A DNA stretch of 64,000 nucleotides from the human T2T-CHM13v2.0 reference genome, Homo sapiens. Below, one piece after another: positions 13,085 through 28,274 of this stretch. The notes under the pieces are model-generated. The model was given only the letters and a program-made list of their open reading frames with translations, made no database searches and was not told where the DNA came from. The stretch is from the NCBI RefSeq assembly GCF_009914755.1, contig NC_060925.1. The stretch is one strand, 5' to 3'. Made by a program: the position numbers and the translations under genes. Numbering within the stretch: position 1 is the stretch's first letter; each line of letters starts with the position of its first letter.

Positions 13085-13925
13085 TAAGCTCCTGTAAGTT
13101 TGTAGTTGCAATGAGCTCCTGTTAACAAAAGACAGAATAACAAGAGAAAAACAAATTTATTGACCTGTGTATTTCATGTTTACATGGGAGACCCCCGCAA
13201 AATCAGTAGTTATCAAAGAGGTGGCTTTGAATTCCAGCTTATATAGCATCTTCAACAAAGTAAAGTTTTAGAGAAGTGGCAAGACAAAGGAAAAGGGCTT
13301 TGAGTCTCTACAGCAGCAATTTGGAGGAAGGAAAAAAACTGGCAGATTAAAGGCTGTTTAGTAGAGCTTCTTTTTTTTTTTTTTTTTTTTGAGATGGAGT
13401 CTTGCCCTGTCACCTAGGCTGGAGTGCAGTGGCGTGATCTCATCTCACTGCAAGCTCCGCCTCCTGGGTTCATGCCATTCTTCTGCCTCAGCCTCCTGAG
13501 TAACTGAGACTACAGTCACCTGCCACAACGCCTGGCTAATTTTTTTGTATTTTTAGTAGAAACATGGGGTTTCACCATGTTAGCAAGGATGGTCTCGATC
13601 TCCTGACCTTGTGATCTGCCCGCCTCGGCCTCCCAAAGTGCTGGGATTACAGGCGTGAGCCACTGTGCCTGGCCAGTAAAGCTTCTTAATACAAGTTTCT
13701 CTGGTATCATCTCTGGGCTGATAAGGGTCCAAAGCTATCTTCATCGGTTAACTTTTGTTCTCCCTGATAAAAAAGGAGAGGCACAATAACTTTTGTCTTT
13801 ATAAGTCTATGCTCTGCTTTTGGGCAAACAGAGAAAGGGCAGAGAGCTGTCCTGTATCTGCTTCCTCTTGTCTTCAGCTCAACAACCCTTCAAATTTTGG
13901 GGTGGCATATTTTTGTCTCCCACTA
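13085..13925 (-). mobile_element. ERV1 solo LTR (MER34-like) split by an Alu
   Basis: ACAAAAGACAGAATAACAAGAGAAAAAC...TTTTGGGGTGGCATATT; the left boundary is approximate. Confidence 0.65.
13371..13674 (-). mobile_element. AluY-type element
   Basis: GCAAGCTCCGCCTCC and GGATGGTCTCGATCTCC diagnostics; poly-T; TSD AGTA(G/A)AGCTTC at 13360-13370 and 13675-13685. Confidence 0.93.
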
Positions 13926-16900
13926 CTCTTTGGGAAGAACATGGATTTTGTGGGGTAGAGGGGGTGGTTCAAGGGGATTTCTATTGTGTAGTTAGGCAGA
14001 GTCAATGCTGCTGACACCTGAGTTACACTTTGGTCACATAGTCAGAGCCATTGTGCTTTCTAAAGCACAAATACATCTTTTACAAAAATCTTCATTGACT
14101 CCCTGAAGTGTCAGGATAGAATCTAAATTTCTTTTCAGTGAACACATGATTGGCTTTCTGTGCCACTGTCTCTTGCCATTTTCTCTTCAGTCTCTAAACT
14201 GTCATTAGGTGTAGCTAATGGACATGTCCTAAACTTGATTCTCTGTGCACAGATGCCCACCTCCTCTTCTTTGTCTTGATAAGGCCATCTTTTGATAAAT
14301 TTAAAAATGTTTTTCCTATCCTTTCACTCTTCCTGTGCCCTTCCTCCTTTTTTTATTCACCTGATACGTGAAACATCTTCTACTAATTCATCAAATTGGA
14401 AGTTAGAGGAAGTGGATTTTCATTTCTTTGAATAACATTTCATTGCATATGTGTCAAAATATCTGAATGGATATGTAACAAAACACACATCAGTGACGTG
14501 AGTTGGAGAAAATAACATTCATTGGGATTCTTGGGGGAAGCACATGTTTGGAAGAAACTCAGTAAGTATGCTTATGTAATTAGGATGGTACCTAAGTAAT
14601 CAAACTCTAATTATGTATATTTGAAAAGACAATTACAACGCAACGTGGAAGTTATGTTGGAAAGGGTTTGCAGGAGGTCTTAAGGGATTACATAAAAAGG
14701 ACCTTGACCTATTTTTAGAGGCCAGAGAACTCCACTATTTTTGAACCCTAGGCCCCTGGATCCACAGGACACTGGAAGTTATCTTCCGTATTTGCAGAAG
14801 CCAATAGAAACAACTCATTTAGTATGGCAAAGCTGCCCATGCTAATTAAAATGTCAAGTTTTTTGCTTTAGCCTGGAAGTATAATTAGCACACTCTGGAA
14901 ATATTAGTTATCCCAGGCTGATTAGAAGCTTTGATCAGTAGTTATATCTTTGATGAATAAGACTCAACAAATGAATTAATTTACTTAAATGAAGTTTGGT
15001 AAATAGAAAAATCTTTGAAAACATGAGGTCTCTGTGGAAATACAAGAAAAAAGGTGTCTAGTGCCAGGAAAAGCTCAGAAAATCTGTACTTAAGAACCTG
15101 CTTTGTACCTTGAGAGCCAGATAAAGAATGGCATTTGTTTATATGATAGTAATTTGCACATTTCAGCTGGGCTTTGCCTTTCCCAGAGTGGATTTGGTCC
15201 CCTTTCCACATTTGGCTCATTCCAAAGCAGTGAGGCAAACCTGCACAAGCAAATACTTTACCCCCATCGAAATGTTAGCTTCCCCAATCCTAATCCATAG
15301 AATAACCCTGTTTCCATTACACTGAGCAGCAACTCAAGGGAGACCTGTCTGGTTAGCTTGCATTTTGTACTTGATTAACTTGGCAGTATGGTCAAGCTGC
15401 AAGAGAGTGCAAAAAGAAGAGATTTATCTGCTTTGTTTAACACAGAGGAGACTTAACTGCTTGATTTATCTGCTTGCCATCACTATTAAGATGGATGAGA
15501 GTCAATTGTGTTGGGGCAGTAACTATACCTTCTGCACCTGGGCCAGCAGTGACAGCCCCACTAATGTTGACATATTTATGAACACTCAGTTGTGTCCAGA
15601 ATGTGACAATTTTTCTACCCAATCCCTTCAGTGTAGTTAAAACACAGACTTCAATAATAAATATAGAAATGTAGAGAAGGAGGATGTGAGGACTAGAAGG
15701 TTTTGGAGGTACCATTGAGGGGTCAGCTTTCACTTCCCTATGTGACCTGGGCAAGTCATCTCTCCCAGGCCTGCTTTCTTCTTCTATGAAGTGGGAATTC
15801 TAACAGCTATTTTGTTTTAAATTAATTTAGGTAAAGTCCCTTAGAGATAGACAGATGCTTTCTTAATATGTGAGCTTGCCTGACTGTGCCCAACTGCCAT
15901 ATTAAAAATACCCACCCCCAACTCTCCTGGCCTCACTCTGTAGCTTCTCTTCATACACAGATATCCGCTCATTTCTCTAAGGAGAATGCCTACTTCTTAG
16001 ACTTCTATTATGACTGCTGTGATAAAGTGTAATTTCAAATTAATATTTATCTGTTTTTTGTTTCTCTGATTTAAGGAAAACCTGTCTATTTTATCATCCT
16101 CCTGGTGAGTTCCATTTGCTTCTCTGCAGAGTGCAGGTGCAACTTTCATTTGTGACAATGGGAGCTCTTTTTTTTGAAATCAATTGAAGGGAACCCCAGC
16201 TGGGGAAGAGAAGAGCATCAGGGAAAAAACAAAAGTAGAGACATTTGCTCTGCAAAATATTCCAGGCCCTTTGGCTCTTCCTCGGGCACTCCCTTGTGTG
16301 GGATGGCCCTCAGAGTGGGGCCAAAGTGGGAACAATCTCCCGGATCCTTTGGCCTTAGGACACTTTGAAATTTTTTGCTATAATTTTCCATAAAATAATA
16401 CACTTCCACAGCAGATGGTAAAATCTTTAAAATGGTTTCACATCGATTATCTTGTGTCTCCTAGCAGCTCTTTGAAAGGAGACATGAAATTCTGGAGCTG
16501 AGATGTAGCTGGAGGTCATTTAGGTTAATATTTTTCTCTTGCAGCACAGGAAGCCCACCCTAGAGACGTTAACAGGTAAAGATCTGGGACCAGAATCACC
16601 TCTCCCTAGTTCTGATTCTGTGCCCTTTATTGAACAACACAGCCTTATCACCTAAACAATTCCTCCCTCGCTCTACTTCCCATTAGGGAAAGGCACATTC
16701 TGACTTCTAGAGTTTGTTCTAAATTTTTTGCAGGCAATGGAACTGAGAGTTTTAAATTTCTTCTATATATAAAAACAAGGTTTTGATTAAGCAGTTCTTA
16801 CTCCAGGGTGTTCTGTCTTTTGACTGTGTTCCAGTGGTACTTTACCTAACCCAATTGAACCTTCAGTTCCTCATTTGTATCCTGAAGATGGGAAAATTAT

Positions 16901-17313
16901 TTACTACTAGGGGAATGCGAGGAGGATAGGTTTAGTAAACTGCCACTCATTCCAATTCCCCGTGGAGGTTTCTGACCAAGACATTTATACAATAAGGAAA
17001 AATAGCCAAAATGGGAACTAAGGAGCCGCTTTGTGGGTCAGAGGGGTACGGAGACAGGACGCAGGTGGCAGTGTATGGAGCTGCCTACCCAAACTTGCTG
17101 ACCTCAGGGAGCAGTTGTAAGGTTTGATTGCATTAATGCAGGTAAACTCCTGAGGATATGGTAAGGGCCCACCACAGTTTAGCTGTTATTAATACCTTGT
17201 GCTTCTTATTTTCTAGAGAATTGGGATAACACTCCAAGATTAATCCCATCATTCAGGGAGTACAAATATTTGATTCACACTGTGAGAGTGAGTGCATAGA
17301 TAAGATGAAATCT

Positions 17314-17627
<314 letters not shown>

Positions 17628-18024
17628 CCAAGATGAAATCTTTTCATTTTCTGCCAAAGGTCCAGTTTTGATGGGCAGAAATGAAATGAAGGTGCAGGAA
17701 TCTTTTCATTTTTATAGGTTGATACTAAGATAAGTCATCCATCGACATCTACAGTTTTAGCAGGTTTGCACTCAATAATAGTTTAGGTTTTTATTTCAGG
17801 AACTCTTTGAAAGGGCTTATGTCATGTTCTTCTCAGTGCCTTTGTACTAAAACACCTATTTTGTGTGTCTCTGGTTGATAATTCTAGGTTGGTAGAAAAC
17901 TCTGCTTCCAATCAGAGCTATTAATGCACTGACTTTAAGGTGCTCAAATACTCTGTTAAGTTTTAGACATTTATTAAAAGATTAGGAGTTTCATGGCTCC
18001 ACATATTTTCCTGATCTTGCCATC

Positions 18025-18275
18025 AAAGCAGCATGGAAAGAAATCTCTAAGAACACATTACTGGGGCCAGATCACTGGGGTTCAATCAAAGCTCCACCAC
18101 TTCCTTGCTCAGAAGTCGTTGGCCAGTTACTTAATCTATGTTTACTTTAGTTTTCCTATCTGTAAAATGGAGGTAGTAATAGCATAACCTGATAGGACTA
18201 AATGAGTTAACATTCATGAAGCACTTAGAGAAGTGCGTAATGCTCATAGTAAACATTATGTAACTGTTTACTGCT
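18025..18275 (+). mobile_element. MIR
   Basis: GGGTTCAA..CTCCACCACTT..AGTTTTCCTATCTGTAAAATGG..AAATGAGTTAA..AAGCACTTAG. Confidence 0.8.
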
Positions 18276-19074
18276 CCTATTAATTTATATCTAGAAACAG
18301 TTAAGATCCTTCTCCATAATTCTCTATGGGAACCAGGTAATTTATACAACATGCTGTTACCTTAATTCCATGTTCTTTAGCAACATGGGCTTGAGTCTTT
18401 GTATACATCATTGTTGAAAAGATGCTAAAAGCTACAAGGAAATAACAGCAGTTTTGGAAAAGAATAAAATAAAGAATAAGAAAAGAGAAAATAATGTAGT
18501 TGAAGAGTCAAGGAAGGCCTAAGACCCAGGACTTATTTCATTTTTTTTCCTGTAAAGTCCCAGTATGTGCAGGCTATCAGAGGAGCATGACATGTCAGAA
18601 CTAGATTCTGAGACTAGAAATATCCTAGAGGTCAACACATCTATGTGCAATTGGACTGAACTGAAACCATCCAGGTAACAGTCAAATCTATTTTCATTTT
18701 TAGAACAATAGCTTGTCTATTCTTATGTTGTATAAAGTTTTACTAACCACTAAATAGAGAGATTCCACGTGATGTTTTCTTAAATGCTTTTTATTAATTT
18801 ACTCCTATTTGCTCATCTGTGAAAATAAAAGACTCCTGTTTAGCACCAAAACCATACATGTTTTTATATTCTTGAGTTCTAATTACTTCACTCACCTTTG
18901 GACTAAGAATCTTTATTCCAGCACAAGTTTATTTTTAGATGAATAATGCTATTATTCCTCAGAGATTATTCATTTACTTTGGATTCCAGTCTGTCTCAAG
19001 AAATGGAATATCAAATGCTGAAGGTATCAGCAATGTAAAATGTGTCATTGATTAGGCTGTTTATTAGTTACCAG

Positions 19075-19255
19075 AGACAGGCATGGTGGTTAAGTACTTG
19101 GTCTTGGGAGTCAGATGTATGAGTTTCAAACCCAACAGTTGAGTTGATACTAAATAACTAGGTTGTGTGGCTCTGTTTTCTCATGTCACAATGGTGATAA
19201 GACCGCCAAATGAGATAGAAAGGAGAGGTCTCTGTACAACGCCTGGCACAAAGTC
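19075..19255 (+). mobile_element. MIR fragment
   Basis: GTGGTTAAGTACTTGG..GGAGTCAGA..CCTGGCACA. Confidence 0.6.
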
Positions 19256-19279
19256 AGCATTTCTCATCAGCAGGAAGGC

Positions 19280-19750
19280 TAAACACAAACCCACCTGTGT
19301 CCCTTCCCTGCTGAATCTGCCTTCAATGGCTTCTCATTGCTGTTGGAATTACCACCAAACTCGTTTCTGTGGCCTACAAGCCCCCGTGTACTCTAGACCC
19401 TGCTCACTTGCTTTGGTCATCCTAGTCTACTGTGTTTCACTGGATGACTCTCTGTTGCTGCAACAACCCCATTCTTTCTTGCCTCAGGAATTGGCCATTT
19501 TCTCTACTTGGAAAGCTTTTATTCCTGCTCTTAATATGATAGATCTTTCTCACCTTCATGCATAACATCTTTCTGTTTCCTTCGATGCCTACCTTACAAT
19601 CTGTAATCCATATTTACTTGTTTACTTGCTTACGTTTGTCTCTTGCTTCTCTTGTGATGATTCATAGAGGTAGGAATCTTCTCTACCTTGTTCATTGTTG
19701 TATCTTCAGCACCAAGAAGAGTGTCTTGAATATAATAAGGACTCAGTAAT
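19280..19750 (+). mobile_element. L2 3' fragment
   Basis: CCTTCAATGGCTTCTCATTGC...CTTGTTCATTGTTGTATCTTCAGCACC. Confidence 0.65.
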
Positions 19751-20299
19751 CTCAAATAATTATTTTTAGAGTATTTAATATTCAGTAAATAATATTTTTA
19801 ATTTGTTAAATATTATATTACAATTTCTTACATTAAAATATCTCATTCTTTGTCATAATATTGTAGGATTATCTACACAATAATTGGAACACAATAAAAT
19901 GCCTCTTTGCTATTGTAACAATTCACAGTGAGACTTATTTCCAAGGCTGTTAAGAAAAGCCAAGGATGGAAACTCTTGGCTGGGCAACTATTTGAGTTAG
20001 ATTTAAGCAATCCGAACTTCCAAAGCACATGAGTAATCTGGTCAGATAAGGTTACCAATTATATTTCTAATGATATCTAGAACCAAGTAGTGCCATAATA
20101 TTTCTAACAGTATTTAGAACCAGGTGATGCCAATAATTTGGCTTGCATAGATACAACTAAGTATTTATGCATTAGCTGAATACTTGGTGGGCTTATTTTA
20201 TGCTTATTTTTAGTAAGTGTATTTAACTAAAGAGGCAAGTGAATTTATATGCTGTGTTTAAGGTTTAATTATGGTGCCTAAATACTAGATTTTTTTTAG

Positions 20300-20520
20300 G
20301 GTATGATATAGAGGCAAGAGAATTACAGAGAGCTTTAGACTTAAAAGAGCAATGATTTACTTCCAGCATTGCCATTTATGAGCTGCATGAACTAAGATAA
20401 GTCACATCATCTCTTGAAGTCTCAGCTTTCTCATCTATACAAGTAGGATACATATCATAAAATTGTTATAGGAATTAAACTGAATAATGGATGGAAATGT
20501 TCTTGGCACACAGTAGTTTT
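20300..20520 (+). mobile_element. MIR fragment
   Basis: AAGTCACATCATCTCTTGAAGTCTCAGCTTTCTCATCTATA core. Confidence 0.65.
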
Positions 20521-21552
20521 CCTTTAGTAAGGTGACAGAGGAAAACTGGTGGGTTTGACTCTGTATTTCTTACTAATGGCAAGTTTTCCTCTTTTATTGT
20601 AATGCTTTGCATGTTGTTTTTCATTTGACTACAAACTACCTCTTGACCAAGGAAATAAAACAAAGCTCAAACACCATATAGAAACAAAAATAATTTATTA
20701 GTTTTTATTGCATCAGTGTGACCTTTGGAAACTGACTAAAGCCCAGTTAACTTCAGAACTGATGTAATTCTTCGGATAACAAACAAATCTATTAATGCTG
20801 TGGAGATTTTCTGCTGTAAGAGAATGGAGTAAGCTCTGTACATGAGATAGGACACTCTAGAATTATCCCCTGAGCTTTCATCCACCTAGAGATTTCAATA
20901 TTGTTTTCAAAGCCAAATGATTTGTATGCCTTGATATTTGCCTATAGACTTACCTCTTGTTTTCCCTGCCCCTTTAGCGTAGCTTAGGGATTTTTCATTT
21001 TTGTGTGCATAAGACTACTGTGCAGAATTGTGTATGTTATTCATTTATATTATGATTTAGGTAAATTCAAGGGATTTTTCAAGGGCAGCTATGATTATAC
21101 ACCATTATGGCCTTACCTTCTGAGAGGTAATAATTAACTTTCTCAACCCCGATCTTCTAAAAGTTGGCCTTCTATTAAAAAAATTGTTCTTCCAGGTCAC
21201 TGTGCCAATCTAAAAAAAAAAAAAGCAACTGTTCTTCCATGAATTTCCATGCAAACCAGCTTTGGATTGATGCTTAAGATGATCAATCCTAGTCAACTGC
21301 CAGTAGGGACATCAGCCTCCTATTCCCACACCATCATGTTAGGAAGATGGCAGACTACTTTCAACACTGAATGCTTATGATGGAAATACAATTTTGCAGC
21401 CAAGGGTCTGTCAATTCATATTGCTATTGTATATTGGCCTTTGAACAACCAGAGAAATGGCATGCTTCTCTAATCATGCAGTGTAAGATTCTTATAGCCC
21501 AATGGTTGGGGGTCCCTCTCATAGGATCCGCTCTTTAGGCCTGCTAGATTTC

Positions 21553-21598
<46 letters not shown>

Positions 21599-21798
21599 CT
21601 TTAAGTTTTAGGGTACATATGCACAATGTGTAGGTTAGTTACATATGTATACATGTGCCATGCTGGTGTGCTGCACCCATTAACTCGTCATTTAGCATTA
21701 GGTATATTTCCTAATGCTATCCCTCCCCCCCTCCCCCCACCCCACAACAGTCCCCAGAGTGTGATGTTCCCCTTCCTGTGTCCATGTGTTCTCATTGT

Positions 21799-23556
<1,758 letters not shown>

Positions 23557-23969
23557 TAGCAGGTCTGGTAAATGGGATGACTGGACATTGGCACTGCTTT
23601 TGTGATACTCATTGACTTAGGGTACAAATTTCTTCATAAGACATTACTGTATTAACTTCTCATCATCTGTCCACCTCCAGCCCACTAAAATCATGATAAA
23701 TGAAATAGTAAGTATAAATGAATTCTACCCATTTGTAAATTTCATTTTAAAAATTTTGAATATCGATAAAAAAGTCTGCTATTTCCTTGATCTCTTTTCC
23801 AACAGGATTAGAAAGTGGTTAAGGAAGATTTAAGATTGAAATATTAAATCTTGTTTTTTCAGCTTCTAGTGCCTTTCTGTCTACCTTGCTATATTATTAA
23901 AATCCAGTCCACCTTATCTCTATCATGTAATTAGGTTTTGTTGGATCAAAGTAGTGGTAACAACAACAA

Positions 23970-24205
23970 CAACAATTTGAACACCATTTTCCAAGTACTT
24001 GTTACTAGCACTTCAAAATGTTATCTTATTTAATTCTCATAACTACCCTCAGAAGAACCTGTTACTATCTGTGTTTCGTAAGTGAGTAAACTGAAACTCA
24101 GAGAGGGCAAGGAACTTGTCCATGGATACATAGCAAATAGATGGTCAGTCTTTGAATTAAACCCAAATCTGTCTGACTCCAAATCCAAAGCTCTAAAAAA
24201 ACATG
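23970..24205 (-). mobile_element. MIR
   Basis: TTAATTCTCATAAC..AAACTGAAACTCAGAGAGG..ACTTGTCCA..TCTGACTCCAAA. Confidence 0.75.
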
Positions 24206-24493
24206 ATCGCTTTTCCACTCTGTAGTAAAAGCATTACCCAGATCTGCCATCTCCCTCAAATCTCTATGTCTCTTGTCCTCAATATTTTGCGAAGCCTACT
24301 TCATATAATGAAGCTTATGTTTTATTTTTTCTTTAAATATTTGAGTCATTGCCTATGTAGTTACTGATCAAATTTTTTTTTTCCATAGGAACTTTATATC
24401 TTAATACTTCAGTCATACAACAGAACTATCATCAGCAATAAATTTATTTATGAGTTCACTTACAAAAAAATTTCTCAAAGCATTAAGATGTAC

Positions 24494-24658
24494 TTTTTTA
24501 TATACTTTAAATTCTGGGATACATGTGCAGAACATGCAGGTTTGTTACATAGGCATACACGTGCCATGGTGGTTTGCTGCAGCCATCAACCCGTCATCTA
24601 CATTGGGTATTTCTTCTAATGCTATCCCTCCCCTAGCCCCGCACCCCCAAAAGGCCCC
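24494..24658 (-). mobile_element. L1PA (about L1PA7-8) 3'UTR tip
   Basis: TATACTTTAAATTCTGGGATACATGTGCAGAACATGCAGGTTTGTTACATAGG. Confidence 0.88.
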
Positions 24659-25356
24659 TAATAGGATTGGTTTATCTGGTTTCTCTGCTCGCTATACTTT
24701 TGAAGCAGCAGACTAGATGTGAAAGCACATTGAGGAAGGCTGGAAGTGGTAGATGACAACTCTTTTATCCTACTCAAAATAAAAGTTTATTTCAGTTTTT
24801 ATATTTTCTCGACAAGTGAGGAAGGTAACAGAAAAAAATAACAGAAGCTGACACAAAAATGTAAATTAGGCAAATAAGTAAATAGTTCTGTCAATCTCAG
24901 GGGACCCTAGGGTGTGATTATATTGTAGTACATTATAGTGTCTGCTGTTTATATTGATGATTTTGAGCCATTATGTTCCGTATATATGCTCTCTTTAAAA
25001 TGGTATGCTTTGGTTATAAATTAGATTGAATAGTAAACATTTTTGTGATTGAGAGAATAAACCAAAAGTTAGAAATCCATTATTTGGAAAGACCTAGTCT
25101 CCAATGGATTCCTGCTTTGCTCTGGTAGGGATCAAACCCCATGAATATCAGAATCTACCACTTAATTTACTTCCAAAGTATTTTGGAGTAGTTAATGGAT
25201 ATAATGTCAGTTTTCTCTCTTTAGTTGGTTTGACTGCATGTTCCTCTCTTCTCTAGAGTGGGAGTGTATGGGATTTGGAGTAGTTCAGGTAAATATGAAT
25301 CCCAGCACTGTGGCCTTGGGCAGAATTTTCACCTCCCTTTACTAGAGTGTGGTAGC

Positions 25357-25432
25357 TACATACATATATATATATATGTATGTGTGTTTACATATATATG
25401 TATGTATGTGTGTACATACACATATACACAGA
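25357..25432. repeat. (TA)/(TG)/(CA) simple repeat
   Basis: Direct read. Confidence 0.85.
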
Positions 25433-25489
25433 CCTATATTTGCTAAACATGTTTTTCCCACTTAGTGTGGTAACTGAACTCTTCTTTTC

Positions 25490-25945
25490 TGTAGGAAACT
25501 CTTCATGTGACTTTGTTGAGACTGCAATACCCTCTCACTGCGTGGGTGGCACGTGACTCGTGGCACGTGACTCAGGCCTTGTCAGGGTACCCCATTCAAG
25601 TGATTGGTCCAGGTATGAGTATATGATCCAAGTCAAACCAATCCTCAAGACTTTTCTCTAGAATTACCAGGAATAAGGCACCCTTTCACCCCACTGGGAT
25701 TTCCAGCTGTAAGAATGATGTTAGCATGGAACTTTAGTGGTCATTTTTTTTACACACAGAGAGAGCCTATCTGAGAATAACACCAAAACATGGGAAAGAG
25801 AGCTGATAAATGAAGCCATAGAAATATGATGATAATCTTGAATTTGTGGACTCAGCCAGAACTGAAGACCCTGTAGACTTCCCAGGTATATGAACCAACT
25901 AAATTAAGTTGGATTTTTGGGACTTGCACCCCCAAAACTCCTTAT
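25490..25945 (+). mobile_element. Old MaLR LTR (MLT1J/K/L-like)
   Basis: GTGATTGGTCCAGG..ATGATCCAAGT..CCAATC..GAGAGCCTATCTGAGAAT..GACTTCCCAG..TGAACCAA..ACTTGCA. Confidence 0.6.
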
Positions 25946-28126
25946 TTGTATATTCCCTAAGCTTCGGTTTTCTAATTCATAAAATGAAGATGGGTTAATT
26001 ATGCCATCGAGTAAGATTTTGATAAAACTAAGTTGTATATGTAAACTACACAGTCCACAATAAATGAACTTTGAATTCAACAGCAAACAAGCTCTCAGAT
26101 TTTCTCCATAACAGACCCTCTCACTTCGGCTCCTCTCCCTGGCTCCCAGCTGATAGCTATGATTCTTGCTTTTCCTGGATGGCTCACTTCACTGTGGGCT
26201 GCTTTTCCCTAGCAGAGTTGGTCAGGGAGCCTCCTCCTGCTCTTGGCAGGCACACGTTCTTAAGAAGAAATGGTCTCTGTCCTGCTGTGCACTGAAATTG
26301 TGAAAGATCTCACCTAGGGAAGACAGCAATTCTCTCAAGAATTCCTAAGAAGACCACGTTTAAAGCACCGATGAGCTGATTTTGGTCCTGGTTCAGGAAC
26401 ATCTGGAGGAGCAGCTGTGGATGACAAGAACGTGTTTATCTCTTTTGAAAAGAAAAAGTGGTGGACAGGCAAGGTCCTTAGGTAGTGCTGCCCGGCAGAA
26501 TAGAGGTCTGTTCCCATCATCCAAATTTGGGGTGGAAAATAATTGAGTAAAAACACAGCTTGTTTTTAAATCAAATAGCCTAAAGCTTAATGAATTGGGA
26601 AGGTAGAAAAAGAGAACTGAAATTATTCAAGCCATTTGCCTTTGTGCCTCCCATCCACTGCTAATATTGTAATAGTAAGGATCTATAAAGTCTATCAGCA
26701 TTGATCTCAACATTTTCTCCACTGGCAAAACCTAAGCTTCTTCCTTATTTTAGCAAGATTAATTCCTTTGGGGTTGTATTTGGGAGATGGTATTATTGAT
26801 GACTTGAAAAAGTCCCCAGAATTTACTATACCCCTTACAAGTAGGTTTTTTTTTTTTCTTTCTTTTGGCAAGATTGAAAAGACTGGACAATGACTTTTTC
26901 ACAAATGAATTCAGTAGCTTGGGCTTCAACCTTATAAATTTATGATCATGGCTTTTAAAAGAATTTTTTTTAAAGTGCCTGTCCTTGTATTTCCCAAAAC
27001 TAGTAAAAATAAAAGTTAAGTATTTATGATACTTGGAAAAAAAAGGAGACAAGTTGCAATTTTATAGTCTAAACTCTGACTGTAATAGCCATGCATTTTT
27101 ACTCTTGCAGTCAAGTCACCAAGGGCTTTTTTTCCTTCATCATAAACAGATGAAGCTTCAAGAAAATCAAGAGGAATTGGAATCTGGTAATAAATGAACT
27201 GTAGCCATGTTACATTAATTATTGTTACTCATTTTCTAATATTCCTTTGTGGGGAGACTTTACAAAAAATCAATTCTAGACTACTTATCAATGGTAGTGG
27301 AAAGGAGAAATTCAGTCTATTTTTAAGAGGGAGAAAAATCCTTGCAAAACATACGGGTTTAGCTTTATAGGAAACAGTTTCTAGACAAACATAGATGAAT
27401 GATTTAACAGCAGCAGGGCATCCATTTATGTAAATACTGAACTGTGGGACTCAAAAAAAACAAACTCAAAGAAAAACATTATTAATCAGCTTGAGTTTTT
27501 CCCCCCCATCAACTTTCTGAAAGAACAAACAGAACAACATTAAGGAACACTTTCAACAAGAACAGCAAGCAAGACACAGTTTAGTGTTGCCCTGGATAAA
27601 ACTTTCCAGAGTTTCAGGAACCTTCTCTTAGCTATTCTTCATTTTCATGCATAATCTATGTGAAAATAGTCAAATACCAAAATGCTCTAATGTCCTAATT
27701 GTTTTCCCATTAGAATACTTCCTGTTTAACTTCCTGTTGACCCAACAATTATGCTGCGCCCCTTTATTAAATAAAAGTAGGTTTTAAAAATATACCTGAT
27801 TTAGAGTATAGTTTACACACAAATATTTAAAGTTTCTTTTTTTTGTAGAAAGATAACATAAAGAGTCTTAGCTAAAGATGTTATGTTAACTAAATATACA
27901 AAGTGAAGTGCAGATTTAAGATGCTTTTCTGAATAACCTAGGCCTGAAAAACTTTCACCTAAAATAGGCAGGACATTGGAAGAGAATAGCTTTTGTTCCT
28001 TGATTTATCACTGTATTTTTCTTCACCTAATGCAGTGTAAGTCCAAATCTGTGTAAAAGTAGCTACCCTGAGAGTCACATGACACTCTGGCACCCATTGG
28101 AAAATGTTCAGCACATCACACCTTAC

Positions 28127-28274
28127 CATGCAGAGGGGAGGATCACATGGCTGAATCTCTCTTCAGCCAATCATTTTTGTACTCTTTTTCTTTAGATAGT
28201 TTTCATACATGAATCGAAATTCATGGCAGAGTTGAGATGAGGCACGGAATGAAAACAAAACTGTCTACATTCTC
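28127..28274 (-). other. Candidate exon (148 bp) of a minus-strand transcript
   Basis: Donor ATG|GTAAGG; weak acceptor ATTATTTAG|G; lies in a repeat-poor stretch. Confidence 0.2.

Noticed and set aside
17057-17074. CTCF-like GCAGGTGGCAGTG, and CCACTAGTGG near 63246
   Set aside because: The first lacks the 5' CCA of the core and the second has wrong spacing; not supportable without ChIP data.
27150-27186. Possible plus-strand micro-exon (AAACAG|ATGAAGCTTCAAG...CTG|GTAATA)
   Set aside because: Weak donor and no recognisable peptide; such signals are common by chance.
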